64,000 bases of DNA, taken from positions 5,350 to 69,349 of the forward strand of contig CALIBL010000045.1 of NCBI GenBank assembly GCA_938045805.1, written 5' to 3'. The DNA is from an uncultured Rubripirellula sp. (lineage in GTDB: Bacteria; Planctomycetota; Planctomycetia; Pirellulales; Pirellulaceae). This document shows, in pieces, positions 30,178 to 40,251 of this stretch. Below the pieces are notes generated by a model that made no database searches, was not told where the DNA came from, and saw only the letters and a list, made by a program, of their open reading frames with translations. A program made the translations under genes and the position numbers. Position 1 is the first letter of the stretch; every line of letters begins with the position of its first letter.

Positions 30178-30297
30178 GGATCTTTTGTTTGAATTAGGAC
30201 ATGAGCGTTTGGAGAACTTGCATCCTTGCAGTCTCAGCGGCCGGAACAGCAAGCGAGGTGGAATACCACGCTCGCTCCGCCCTAACACTCCAGCACC

Positions 30298-31431
30298 CTA
30301 TCGATCGCTGAAGTCCAAGAACCACCAACCGTCATCCCATTCAAGGCTGACGCGACGCCATCCGAGTGGAACCTGTGGGTAGGGGTAGAAGGGACCAATG
30401 AACGGCCAAGCCGAAGGGCTGTACTGGGTTGGATACGTCACTTGCGCGTAATTTGGATGAGCTGCGTAGCCTGGCCAAGCGTAGTTTGGCAAGTTTGGAG
30501 TATCGTACCGAGGTGCACCGGGTGGCGATTGTGGGGCCATTGGCACGGGCTGACCAGCAATCGGAGTAGGAATCGGTGCGAAGTTTGCGACAGTGCGTGT
30601 CATCGATGCTTCCTGTCCCATCCCGAAAGGAACGGGCATCGCAGCGTCGGCGATGCCGGGAGCTGCGTTCTCACGCGCTGGTCGAGCGACTGGGTCGACA
30701 GCAACCGGAGCGAGTGATGTTGTTGCGACTTCCATGCCAGCAAATACTGGTTCCTGAATTGCAGGAGCTGCCGCTGGGATTGATATGGTCTGACGAACCC
30801 CTTCAACTCCCTCAACACCCTCAGCCAAAGCGATGATGGTGTTACGTTGTGCCTCAGAGCTGGCTCGTCCAATCAGATGAACGACACCTTGCTGGCTCTT
30901 TACATCCACACCAAAGCCTCGCAGCTGTCCCGCTTCCTTTGCCGCGGTCAAAACCGAAATCACGTCGGAAACGATGGTTGCATCGCTTGCTTCCGCTTCC
31001 GCTGAAACAGGCATTACCTCTGGCGCAGCTTCTTCTACTTCCGGAGCGTCTGCTTGCTCAAGCAAAGCTTTTCGGAATGAAAAGTCGCTGGATTCCGCGG
31101 CGGGTGCCGCTTCAGGCTTGGCTTCGACAGCTACGACGGGTTCAGCGGTCGCGACGGTTACCTCGTCAACGATTTTCGCCACACCTTCAACGCCGTCAGC
31201 GGTGCCAAGTACCAATGCTTTTTGTGCTTCCTCGGTAACGTTACCGCGGAATGCGACAACACCCTGATCAACTTTCATATCGAGAGTGAAGTCTTTGAGT
31301 GCACCGGAATCCCGGTTACTCTTGAGTCGTTTGATGATTTCTTCAGCAATTTCGCGATCACCACCCCAGACCTGGCTTGGCCCAAAGGCAGCGAGCGCTG
31401 CAATCGCTAAACCGAAATATTTGCGTCGCAT
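30298..31431 (-). CDS. BON domain-containing secreted protein with Pro/Tyr-rich C-terminal region
   Basis: Signal peptide MRRKYFGLAIAALAAFG. Two BON-like units (DFTLDMKVDQGVVAFRGNV..., GFGVDVKSQQGVVHLIGRA...). C-terminal PNYAWPGYAAHPNYAQVTYPTQYSPSAWPFIGPFYPYPQ. The likely start is ATG 31431. Confidence 0.8.
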   Translation of the reverse strand: MRRKYFGLAIAALAAFGPSQVWGGDREIAEEIIKRLKSNRDSGALKDFTLDMKVDQGVVAFRGNVTEEAQKALVLGTADGVEGVAKIVDEVTVATAEPVVAVEAKPEAAPAAESSDFSFRKALLEQADAPEVEEAAPEVMPVSAEAEASDATIVSDVISVLTAAKEAGQLRGFGVDVKSQQGVVHLIGRASSEAQRNTIIALAEGVEGVEGVRQTISIPAAAPAIQEPVFAGMEVATTSLAPVAVDPVARPARENAAPGIADAAMPVPFGMGQEASMTRTVANFAPIPTPIAGQPVPMAPQSPPGAPRYDTPNLPNYAWPGYAAHPNYAQVTYPTQYSPSAWPFIGPFYPYPQVPLGWRRVSLEWDDGWWFLDFSDR

Positions 31432-31935
31432 CGAAATGCCTCCCTGCAGTCCTAAATTCAACCTGGGTCGGTTCCATTTGACAGACCGGCCGCAACATGC
31501 GGGCAGGAAAAGGGTCGCCGCGGGTGGCGACGGAATATGCCAAACGGTCATACCGGACCGGTGTTGTTGGTTGTTTCGGTCATAAGAGGGTAGGCAAGGT
31601 AGGTTTTTTCTGATTTTGTGGCTGATTGGCCTTCCATCCGTTAAAACTTATCGCGCAGCACGTTGGAGTATGACAGCAACCAACACCAGCAATCCGCAAG
31701 GTCTTCGCAAAGCCCCCACTATGACATCGGCTCATCTCGAAACAACAGAGAATCAGTCGATCAAGATGGGCCGCTGTTGTCTTTTGATCCCAAATCTGAT
31801 TTGCCAGCTTCACGCAACTGCTAGAATTGCCCGATCGTGGGGATTGGATGCCCGCGAAGAGATTCTGCCCTTAAACTGTAACTCCACTCGCTCACCCTTC
31901 TGATTTTTACACGTTATTTCGACACAACGGATTCA

Positions 31936-32358
31936 ATGCGGCAGCCACAGGATCATTGGCATCATCAATCCGATGCTCAAGAAACGACCGGATCGATGGG
32001 GGAAGATCGTCCCAACGCTGAAGAAATGAACTTTGCAACCCTTGCTCACTTGTCGGGGTGTGCCGGCCTTCTCGGTTTTGGTTACATCGGATTCGTCGGT
32101 CCACTACTGATTTGGTGGCTCAAGAAAGACAGTTCCACCTACGTGGAATTTCAGGCCAAAGAGGCATTCAATTTTCAAATCACCATCGTCATCTTGGCAT
32201 TTGCCTGTGGCATCGCAGCGCTGATGAGTTGTGGGACTCTGTTTCCTTTGATCTTCTTCCCCATGATCCTCCAATTGATCTTTGGAGTCCTTTCGGTCTT
32301 GGATGTTAGGCAGGGCCGAGCGTATCGATACCCGTTTAACTTGCGTCTGATGCAATAG
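31936..32358 (+). CDS. DUF4870 family membrane protein
   Basis: LAHLSGCAGLL...GPLLIWWLKKDSSTYVEFQAKEAFNFQITIVI matches the DUF4870 signature. The start is uncertain: ATG 31936, 31996 or 32026. Confidence 0.7.
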   Translation: MRQPQDHWHHQSDAQETTGSMGEDRPNAEEMNFATLAHLSGCAGLLGFGYIGFVGPLLIWWLKKDSSTYVEFQAKEAFNFQITIVILAFACGIAALMSCGTLFPLIFFPMILQLIFGVLSVLDVRQGRAYRYPFNLRLMQ

Positions 32359-32542
32359 AAAAGCCGTGCGTCTTGGTTTAAGCATCCACATCCACCGGAC
32401 AGAGAGTGGATCTTCCGAGTGAGATCGACCGATGAGCAGTGTCAATCAATCTGGCATGACTAAATCCATCCAACTGGTGTCTCCAATCAACTGCTTAAGA
32501 TCGACTTTGCCTCTCGCTCTAGAAGTTCAAAGAAAAACGCGA

Positions 32543-32890
32543 TCACTTTCGAAACGCTTTAAGGACGGTTGCGAGTGTCAATAATCCGGCAAACGCGGGT
32601 GCCAAGACAAAGACGGTTCGAGGTTGGGTAGCGAGGACCCCCAGCACGATCACCCCGAGCATCGCGAAACCAGGTGGAAGCCAACTTGCTGGACGCCGCA
32701 AACTTGGCCAAGCCAACCACAGAGCTCCTAAGACCAATCCAATCCTCCCGGCAGCCATCGAGACCGCTTTGGTTGTACCGGTCGGCTCCACGCGATACGA
32801 CATCCACCCCCAAACCGCGAGCAAAACAACCGCAAGACCGAGCACGACTGCTCGGCGTGGATCGTTCGGTTTTTTGGATTGCTTGGCCAT
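32543..32890 (-). CDS. hypothetical small membrane protein
   Basis: Three to four TM helices. The likely start is ATG 32890 (MAKQSKKPNDPRR). No family recognised. Confidence 0.5.
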   Translation of the reverse strand: MAKQSKKPNDPRRAVVLGLAVVLLAVWGWMSYRVEPTGTTKAVSMAAGRIGLVLGALWLAWPSLRRPASWLPPGFAMLGVIVLGVLATQPRTVFVLAPAFAGLLTLATVLKAFRK

Positions 32891-33074
32891 TGAAAATTGA
32901 CTGCAGGAAACCAACGGGATGGAATCACGGTTCAGCGGACGAGTATAACACAGACGTGAAGAATTCGAATTGCTTGGCCAACCCTTGCATCCCCTACCTG
33001 CCTATTAGATCCTGTTCCCCGAAGAGAAAACGAATCAACATCCCACCCTTCCCATCTAAGAAATCAGTACCGAC

Positions 33075-33680
33075 ATGCGTCTATTATGCTTCAGTGATCT
33101 ACACCGAAATATCTCCGCGGCTGAAAAGCTGGTGACAATGGCCAAGGATGCTGACGTCGTGATTGGGGCTGGAGATTTTGCGACACGTCGCAAGGGGCTA
33201 GCCGACACCCTTGAGGTTTTGAATCAGATCAAGCGGCCCACAGTGGTGGTACCGGGAAACGGCGAGTCATACCAGGAATTGAAAATGGCTTGCCAAACGT
33301 GGGAACAAGCCCATGTGCTGCATGGTAATGGCTGCGAAATCCTTGGCGTACCGTTTTGGGGAGTAGGGGGTGGCATTCCCGTAACACCCTTTGGTGAATG
33401 GAGTTACGACTTCGACGAAGAGGAAGCAGAAAAGTTGCTCGCGGACTGCCCTTCGAGTGCAGTCTTGGTAACCCACTCGCCACCGATTGATACGGTTGAT
33501 CACGATCATTCGGGACAAATTCGTGGCTCGGCTTCAATCCGGCGAACCGTCGAACTTCGAACCCCACTTGCGGTCATCTGCGGTCACATCCACAGCGATT
33601 GGGGCAAGTCGACCATGCTTGGTTCAACGATGATTCAGAACGCGGGTCCCGATGGGATTTGGATGGAACTGGAGCTGTGA
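33075..33680 (+). CDS. metallophosphoesterase (calcineurin-like)
   Basis: The ordered motifs FSDLH, GAGDF, PGNGE, THSPP and CGHIH are present. Confidence 0.8.
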   Translation: MRLLCFSDLHRNISAAEKLVTMAKDADVVIGAGDFATRRKGLADTLEVLNQIKRPTVVVPGNGESYQELKMACQTWEQAHVLHGNGCEILGVPFWGVGGGIPVTPFGEWSYDFDEEEAEKLLADCPSSAVLVTHSPPIDTVDHDHSGQIRGSASIRRTVELRTPLAVICGHIHSDWGKSTMLGSTMIQNAGPDGIWMELEL

Positions 33681-33952
33681 TAAGAATCATCACCGACGAT
33701 CGGGCCGGCCTTGATCCGTGGCAATACCGCGAACTTTCTTCACAAGAAGCAAAATCCAGAAAGTATTGACGCATCGTAAGGATATTGTTGGGGTCGTCAC
33801 CAGAGAGACGCCGAGAGCGTAGAAAACTCGCCCGGCTAAGTACAAAGTGGCGTTTTGGGAGCTAATGTTCCTCCCAATCGCCGTCCGGCCTCGACCGTGA
33901 TATGATCTTCGCAGAAAATTGAGTTCCAAAACATCTGAATTTTGAGGCATGA

Positions 33953-35086
33953 ATGAGTAACGCGGAAAACTCCGTGAGCCCGGAAGTGGCCCAACAAGCA
34001 TCCGAAGCAAAAGATCGGTTGAATGAGCACACCCTGAAGACGGTGCATTGGCATTTCAGTGAAGAAACGGGTAGCCCGTTTTGGCTTCAGAAGAAATCTG
34101 AGCTCAACTTTGACCCTCTCACGGACGTCAAAGGTTTCGATGACCTAAAGAAGTTCCCGCATTTTGAAGATGAGTGGCTTCGCGGTGGCCCGATCACGCG
34201 TTGGGTCCCGAAAGGTCACGCGGGCAAACCGACCTATGTCTTTGAGACGGGTGGAACAACGGGCATTCCCAAAAGCCGTATGGTGATCGAAGACCACTGG
34301 AAGGACTACGAACTTTTCAGTGAAACACTTCCCGACCAGTATTTTCCCAAGGACTCAAATTGGTTGATGCTCGGTCCGAGTGGTCCACGACGTCTTCGAC
34401 TTGCTGTTGAACACTTGGCTCAGCATCGCGGCGGCATCTGCTTCTGCATCGACCTAGATCCCCGCTGGGTGGTCAAGTTGATCAAGAAAGGTTGGATGGA
34501 ACATTTGGAGGAGTACAAAAAGCACTGCATCGATCAGGCAGTGACCGTCCTCACCGCTGGCCATGACATCAAGTGTATGTTTGCAACTCCAAAACTTCTC
34601 GAATCTCTAGGAGAAGCCTTGGAAGAGAAGGGGACAAGCCTTCCCGAAGTGGGGATCACCGGCATCTTCTCCGGCGGAACCGAATTCACTCCACAGTGGA
34701 CCAAGTTTTGCGTGGAAGAGTTACTCGGTGGAAGCCCCGAGGAAGGTGGCGTCTACATGACGCCCACCTACGGCAACACCCTGATGGGACTTGCATGCAG
34801 CAAGCCGGTAACCGCGGCTGATGGTTACAAAATTTCCTACTACGCACCGCAACCTCGAGCAGTGACCGAAGTGGTCAGCTTCGACGATTACGACCAAGTT
34901 GTGGGCTATGGAGAAACAGGCCGAGTCAAACTCTACACGCTCACCGATGAATTCTTTGTTCCAGGATTTATGGAACGAGATGAGGGAGAAAGGGAAGCCC
35001 CGTTTGATACCTATCCTTGGGATGGTGTCAGTGGCGTTCGGCCTTTCCACGAACTGGCCAGCGCGACCACCGTCGGTGTGTACTAA
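33953..35086 (+). CDS. adenylate-forming enzyme, PaaK / LuxE (acyl-protein synthetase)-like (tentative)
   Basis: P-loop-like FETGGTTGIPKSR at the position of the PaaK/F390-synthetase/LuxE (S/T)GTTG motif. The ~377-aa length fits, and a reductase-like gene lies 207 nt downstream (35294). Confidence 0.55.
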   Translation: MSNAENSVSPEVAQQASEAKDRLNEHTLKTVHWHFSEETGSPFWLQKKSELNFDPLTDVKGFDDLKKFPHFEDEWLRGGPITRWVPKGHAGKPTYVFETGGTTGIPKSRMVIEDHWKDYELFSETLPDQYFPKDSNWLMLGPSGPRRLRLAVEHLAQHRGGICFCIDLDPRWVVKLIKKGWMEHLEEYKKHCIDQAVTVLTAGHDIKCMFATPKLLESLGEALEEKGTSLPEVGITGIFSGGTEFTPQWTKFCVEELLGGSPEEGGVYMTPTYGNTLMGLACSKPVTAADGYKISYYAPQPRAVTEVVSFDDYDQVVGYGETGRVKLYTLTDEFFVPGFMERDEGEREAPFDTYPWDGVSGVRPFHELASATTVGVY

Positions 35087-35293
35087 CACCGCAGGTTGTT
35101 TCAATTCCTGACCGCATTTCACCGCAGGGGTAAATCCCCTGCGATGCTGCGTCATTTTCAGTGAAAGGCACGGTTGCCTTGTGAATCATGTTGCCCGCCG
35201 TCCATTGCTGGGCAAGTTGCGATCGCAACCGGCAACCTCGGCCTTCATCAAACCTTTCCATTCAATCCACCACTCATTTCTATCGAATACCAA

Positions 35294-36718
35294 ATGATCA
35301 CGCTAAGTCCGCTACGCTGGGGAAAACCTTACGAGTCACTCGATTTCACCAACGTGGTTCACTTCGATACCGGTGAACCGATCGCAAAGATTGGCAACGT
35401 TGGTGGTGGCATCGTCGGACGGGACATGCGTCAGGCGCACAAGGCCCGGCAGGCACTGCTGCAACTCAGTACGCAAGAACTGATCGAGAAATGCAAAACC
35501 GCTGCAACTCTATTTGAATCAGGAACACTGACAGTAGGGGACAGTCAGCAAACGGTAGACGACTTTGTCCATCAACAGTCTGCCAGTACGGGTCTTCCCG
35601 AGCACATGTGTCGGTCGAACATGCAAAAGAACAGTTTTGTGCTGAGCAATATCGATCAAATTCTTGATTGCCTCACTCGTGGGCTTGACCTCTCCATTCT
35701 CAGCCGAGGTTACGGCGAAGAGGGTAGGGGGGTGACCGTGAGCTTTCAGTCTCAAACGCCAGTGCTCGGTGCTGTGCTTCCGAACAATTCGCCGGGTGTC
35801 CACACTCTTTGGTTACCCGCAATCCCTCTCCAAGTCGGATTGGCATTGAAACCCGGCTCGCAAGAACCTTGGACACCGTACCGAATGGTTTCAGCATTCA
35901 TTGAAGCCGGAGTTCCTGCAGAAGCTTTCGGTCTGTATCCCGGCGGACATGATGCTGGCGGAGCGATCATGACCAAGACGCCTCGCAGCATGATCTTTGG
36001 TAGTGCTCAGACCGTAGCCCAGCACGCGGGTAACCCGCGAGTTCAGGCACATGGACCAGGCTTCTCCAAAATCCTGATTGGAGACGACGTGGTGGACCAG
36101 TGGGAAAGCTTCCTCGACATCATGGTTGAAAGCGTTCTCAGTAACTCAGGTCGAAGCTGCATCAACTGCAGCGGTATCTGGGCTAGCCGTCACACTCGCG
36201 AAATCGCTCAAGCAATTGCAGAAAAGATCGGTCCTGTCGATGTGACTCCGCCTTCGGACCCCGAGGCGAAGCTCGCAGCCTTCACCGTGCCTGCCATGGC
36301 AACCGGTACCCACGCGATGGTTCAACAAGATCTCGCTGAAGCTGGCGTTACCGACATGACCGCAGAATTTGGGGAGAAGCTGATTGAAAGAGACCATTGT
36401 GCCTACCTGCGTCCGATGGTTGTGCACGCAGATTCACCGGATCGCCAAGTGGCATCCAAAGAGTACATGTTCCCGTTTGTCAGTGTTGTTGAGTGCCCTG
36501 AGCAGGAAATGCTGAAACGAATCGGTCCGACGCTTGTAGGAACCGTTCTCACAAAAAATCAATCGCTGATGGAAGCAGCCGGATCCTGTGTTGAGATCGA
36601 CCGAGTCAACATTGGGCCGATTGCAACCAATCGCCTGAATTGGCTTCAGCCACACGAAGGCAATATCATTGATTTCTTGTTCCGATCTCGAGCCTACCAA
36701 ATAGCAGAAATCGCTTGA
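35294..36718 (+). CDS. aldehyde dehydrogenase-superfamily protein, acylating / LuxC-like acyl reductase candidate
   Basis: ALDH layout: NNSPG...LALKPGSQEPWTP...EAGVPAEAFGLYPGG, and a catalytic-Cys context NSGRSCINCSG. The ALDH ELGG general-base position reads AHGPG. The likely start is ATG 35294 (MITLSPLRWGKPYESLDF). Confidence 0.7.
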   Translation: MITLSPLRWGKPYESLDFTNVVHFDTGEPIAKIGNVGGGIVGRDMRQAHKARQALLQLSTQELIEKCKTAATLFESGTLTVGDSQQTVDDFVHQQSASTGLPEHMCRSNMQKNSFVLSNIDQILDCLTRGLDLSILSRGYGEEGRGVTVSFQSQTPVLGAVLPNNSPGVHTLWLPAIPLQVGLALKPGSQEPWTPYRMVSAFIEAGVPAEAFGLYPGGHDAGGAIMTKTPRSMIFGSAQTVAQHAGNPRVQAHGPGFSKILIGDDVVDQWESFLDIMVESVLSNSGRSCINCSGIWASRHTREIAQAIAEKIGPVDVTPPSDPEAKLAAFTVPAMATGTHAMVQQDLAEAGVTDMTAEFGEKLIERDHCAYLRPMVVHADSPDRQVASKEYMFPFVSVVECPEQEMLKRIGPTLVGTVLTKNQSLMEAAGSCVEIDRVNIGPIATNRLNWLQPHEGNIIDFLFRSRAYQIAEIA

Positions 36719-36811
36719 CTTAAATGCTAGCCAAACTTGCTACGCGTCTCGTACCTCATCGTGGGTGGTGGCGAGTTGACTCGGGTTCGGACAGTTAAAG
36801 CTCGCAAATCA

Positions 36812-36836
36812 GGGTTGCCACACCGGCAACCCTTTT
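36812..36836 (+). terminator. Rho-independent terminator after the ALDH/LuxC-like gene
   Basis: GGGTTGCC-acacc-GGCAACCC forms an 8-bp GC-rich stem with a 5-nt loop, followed by TTTT. It lies 94 nt after the stop at 36718. Confidence 0.7.
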
Positions 36837-36850
36837 GAGATCAGTGTAGA

Positions 36851-38524
36851 TTGCGTGTTTCGTATTGCTCGAAGCAGCAATCCGCAGTGTCTTACCGGAA
36901 GCTTTTGTTCCATTCAGAGCCGACCATCGTGGACCCTTCCAATCCTCCGTCCTACGACCAACTGCCGATCCCGGCAGGACCAGATCGTGGGGCAGCAGAG
37001 GTACCACCGTCCGTTCCCAATCACGATGTCGTCGCAGAACAGACTCCCGGTTTTGAAGATACCGGCTCACAGCGAAAGCATCACTTTTGGGAGGATCAGC
37101 GACTGCCCGCCGGTCTGATTAGCACCATCATCCACACAATCCTATTGCTTGTGCTTGCGTTGCTAACACTGGAAAAATCACCTCGCGGTGATCTGGCCAT
37201 CGCGGCATCACGAGGTGAAGCGTCAAACGAAATTCGTCTCGAAGCCGTTGAGTCGAGTTTGGACGATCTGGAACAAGATCAGACCGTTGCAATCGAAACG
37301 GTGAAGATTGAACTCAGTCAGCCGTCCACAGCAGAGGAGGCAATCTATCCCGATCAGCCGGGTAGCCCCCAAGCGTCCATACCGCTACCCAACCTCGAAC
37401 TGAACGCTAAAAGCTCCAGTTCGACGGTTCGATTACCGGGTAAAGCAAGCCTTGAAAAACGGACGCCTCAGGGTCGACTAGAAATGGGAAAAAAGTACGG
37501 TGCAACGGTTGATAGCGAACGTGCGGTGGAACTAGCGCTCGCTTACCTAGCTGCCCACCAACGAAGCAACGGCAGCTGGTCATTTGACTTGAACCTCGCG
37601 CCGTGCAACGGTCAATGCCGACACAGCAAGGAGAAAAACTCCGATAGCGCTACACCGGTCACTGGAGCGACCGGCCTTGCCCTGTTGGCGTTTCTCGGAG
37701 CGGGTCACACGCACCAGCGGTCCGGTCCCTATCAGGAAACAGTGCGACGAGGGATTTATTTCCTGCGTTCGATCGCGGGAGAAACAGCCGAATCGGGTTA
37801 CGACTGGCAGCAAGGAAGCATGTACGGGCACGGCATTGCGTTGATGGCACTCGAAGAAGCCCTCAACATGACTCGCGAAGGAAATCAATACGACTCTGAC
37901 CTCGCTGATCTGGTGCAACAGGGTACAGCGTTCACTTGCATCGCGCAGCATCCCAACGGCTCGTGGGGCTACGTCCCGGGCCGTCCGGGCGATGTCACGA
38001 TCACTGGCTGGCAGGTTCTCTCGCTCATCGGGGCTCAAAAGTGCGGAGCAGCATTGCACACCAACACGCTACCGGACGCAAAAAACTTCTTAATGACGAC
38101 CTGTGAAGGACGAAGTTTTTGGTTTGGTTATAATTCGCCGCCCGGTGAACCAACCACTACCGCCATCGGTCTGACACTCATGCTGTTTCTTGGGCAATCT
38201 CCCTATGAAACACCTTTCCAAAGAGCATTGGAGCGTCTTGCCAAAAAAGGACCGCTACCGAACAACATCTACCACAACTACTACACCTCTCTTGCACTGC
38301 ATCACTCTCGTCATCCAGCGTGGGAAAACTGGAATCAACAACTCAGGGACTACCTCGTCGAAACTCAGGAAACTCAGGGGCACGAAACAGGAAGCTGGCA
38401 TTTCAATGAGAAGTGGGGCAATGTCGGCGGGCGACTCTACACCACGGCGTTAGCCGCGATGACACTCGAGGTTTATTACCGATTCATGCCACTCTATGCA
38501 GCGGACGATCTTTTTCCGCTTTAG
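36851..38524 (+). CDS. membrane-anchored protein with prenyltransferase/terpene-cyclase-like (alpha/alpha toroid) repeats
   Basis: One TM helix (LISTIIHTILLLVLALLTL), then repeated QxxNGSWSF / HPNGSWGY..GWQVLSL type repeats. There is no in-frame ATG near the 5' end, so the candidate starts are TTG 36851 or GTG 36929. Confidence 0.55.
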   Translation: MRVSYCSKQQSAVSYRKLLFHSEPTIVDPSNPPSYDQLPIPAGPDRGAAEVPPSVPNHDVVAEQTPGFEDTGSQRKHHFWEDQRLPAGLISTIIHTILLLVLALLTLEKSPRGDLAIAASRGEASNEIRLEAVESSLDDLEQDQTVAIETVKIELSQPSTAEEAIYPDQPGSPQASIPLPNLELNAKSSSSTVRLPGKASLEKRTPQGRLEMGKKYGATVDSERAVELALAYLAAHQRSNGSWSFDLNLAPCNGQCRHSKEKNSDSATPVTGATGLALLAFLGAGHTHQRSGPYQETVRRGIYFLRSIAGETAESGYDWQQGSMYGHGIALMALEEALNMTREGNQYDSDLADLVQQGTAFTCIAQHPNGSWGYVPGRPGDVTITGWQVLSLIGAQKCGAALHTNTLPDAKNFLMTTCEGRSFWFGYNSPPGEPTTTAIGLTLMLFLGQSPYETPFQRALERLAKKGPLPNNIYHNYYTSLALHHSRHPAWENWNQQLRDYLVETQETQGHETGSWHFNEKWGNVGGRLYTTALAAMTLEVYYRFMPLYAADDLFPL

Positions 38525-38613
38525 AAGAGAACCTTCCAAATCTTCCCCAATCCTTAAGCGGCGATCTGAAGCAGCGGGTTGATGACTGATCTTATTCGAC
38601 CCCGCAATTGTCC

Positions 38614-39636
38614 TTACCCAATCTCGCCTCGGTCCCCCGTCTCACCCGATGCGATATCGGACGCAAAACACTCGATTAGGGTCGCTTGATTCGCGCTACG
38701 ATCTAATTCCCGAATGGCTCGCAAGGATCGATCCAACCGGCCGCCGGTCAACGGTTGCAAGCGCCCAGCAAAAATCTCAGACCGCATTTGCTGCCTGAAG
38801 TGCTGAACAGAAATCGAGAAAAGGTCTTTTAACTTTGCGCGACGTTTAGAAGCTTCCTTGCCCGCCTCTTTAACTTGCTGATCCAAAAATTTAGCGATCG
38901 CCACCGGGTCTGGCGTGGGGCTCTCTAACAAGTCGATCAGTCCGTCTCGAACAGCTCCGGATTCGCCCTGCAACAATCTTAGTGCAACATGAATATCCCC
39001 TCCCGAGATCTCGACCGCCTCCTCAAGACGTTCATCAGCTTCCTGGATCCCATGGACATCGCGCAGTAGCCGACAAGAGTCTTGCCTAGATAGCGGCCCA
39101 AGACGCACCGTTTGGCATCGAGAACGAATGGTCGGCAATTGCCGCTGCTCACTTGTCCCAATCAGAATGATGATGGTCTTCGAGGGTGGTTCCTCCAGTG
39201 TTTTGAGTAAACAATTTGCCCCCTCCTCGTTGAGTAAATCAGCGTCATCAATGACACCCACCTTCCAACCTCCCATCAGCGGACGGATTCGGAGATCGTG
39301 GCAAAAACCTTCCCGCATGCGATTGTCTCGCTCACCGATGAAGCTATCGACTGGGATGACCGTTTTATCCTTCGGCTTCTCCACTCGCACGATGTCAGGG
39401 TGTGATCCAGCGACGACCTGTTGGCACGCCTCACAGTGACCGCAGGGAGCCATCGATTTGGGGTCAGCGAGTCGACAGAGGAGCGTCTTGGCGAGTAACT
39501 CGACAACGGTGTGCTTGCCGGTTCCGGGAGGTCCGATAAAGAGGTAGCTCCCGCCGAGGCGACTTTGGGAGATCGCAGCTTGAAATCCTGCTTTCACAGA
39601 ATCTTGACCTATCAGATCGGACCACCCGTGAATCAT
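38614..39636 (-). CDS. holB: DNA polymerase III subunit delta'
   Basis: GSYLFIGPPGTGKHT (Walker A), the zinc module CGHCEACQ, DDADLL, and the SRC motif IRSRCQTV. Confidence 0.85.
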   Translation of the reverse strand: MIHGWSDLIGQDSVKAGFQAAISQSRLGGSYLFIGPPGTGKHTVVELLAKTLLCRLADPKSMAPCGHCEACQQVVAGSHPDIVRVEKPKDKTVIPVDSFIGERDNRMREGFCHDLRIRPLMGGWKVGVIDDADLLNEEGANCLLKTLEEPPSKTIIILIGTSEQRQLPTIRSRCQTVRLGPLSRQDSCRLLRDVHGIQEADERLEEAVEISGGDIHVALRLLQGESGAVRDGLIDLLESPTPDPVAIAKFLDQQVKEAGKEASKRRAKLKDLFSISVQHFRQQMRSEIFAGRLQPLTGGRLDRSLRAIRELDRSANQATLIECFASDIASGETGDRGEIG

Positions 39637-39796
39637 CCTCTTTGAGTCTCCCCTCGTTTAACCCCGTGGACCTTTACTCCAGTCCTATTGCACAAGGGTC
39701 CGTGATCGTTGGCAAGCGATGAACCAGTGCGAAGCGACGCTTCGTGAGAATTCGCAACGATGATGCAAGACGCAAAGCGACCAGTCGTAGCCCCCC

Positions 39797-40243
39797 CTAT
39801 TCCACATGCTCAAGAACGGTAATTTTTTCGATTCGTTGTAGATGCCTGCCGCCATCAAATTCAGTCTTTAGCCACATTTTAACCAGATCATCTACGGGAC
39901 GATCACCAATCAGATCCCCCGGTAAGCAAAGCACGTTGACGTCGTTGTGACGCCGGCTCATTTCAACCATCACCTCGTCATAACAAGAAGCCGCGCGCAC
40001 GCCATCAAACTTATTCGCGGCAATCGACATCCCAATTCCGGTACCGCAGATGAGGACGCCTCGTTCCGCTTCACCTCGGCTGACTTTTTCCGCTACAACT
40101 CTCGCGTAATCGGGGTAATCCACAGGCTGGTCGGAGTCCGTGCCCTGATCAATTACGTCGTACCCCGCTGCTGTGAGCGATTGGATCAGTCGATTTTTGA
40201 TTTTGACGCCACGGTGATCACTGGCAATTGCAATTTTTAACAT
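39797..40243 (-). CDS. rpiB: ribose-5-phosphate isomerase B
   Basis: MLKIAIASDHRG..., LICGTGIGMSIAANK, and the ~148-aa length. The likely start is ATG 40243. Confidence 0.9.
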   Translation of the reverse strand: MLKIAIASDHRGVKIKNRLIQSLTAAGYDVIDQGTDSDQPVDYPDYARVVAEKVSRGEAERGVLICGTGIGMSIAANKFDGVRAASCYDEVMVEMSRRHNDVNVLCLPGDLIGDRPVDDLVKMWLKTEFDGGRHLQRIEKITVLEHVE

Positions 40244-40251
40244 CGGTAACC

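Noticed and set aside
30442-31585. Several 86-129-aa ORFs on both strands inside the BON-domain gene
   Set aside because: They are Arg/Pro/Leu-rich shadow frames of an Ala/Pro/Glu-rich gene. The BON reading frame has a signal peptide and recognisable BON units.
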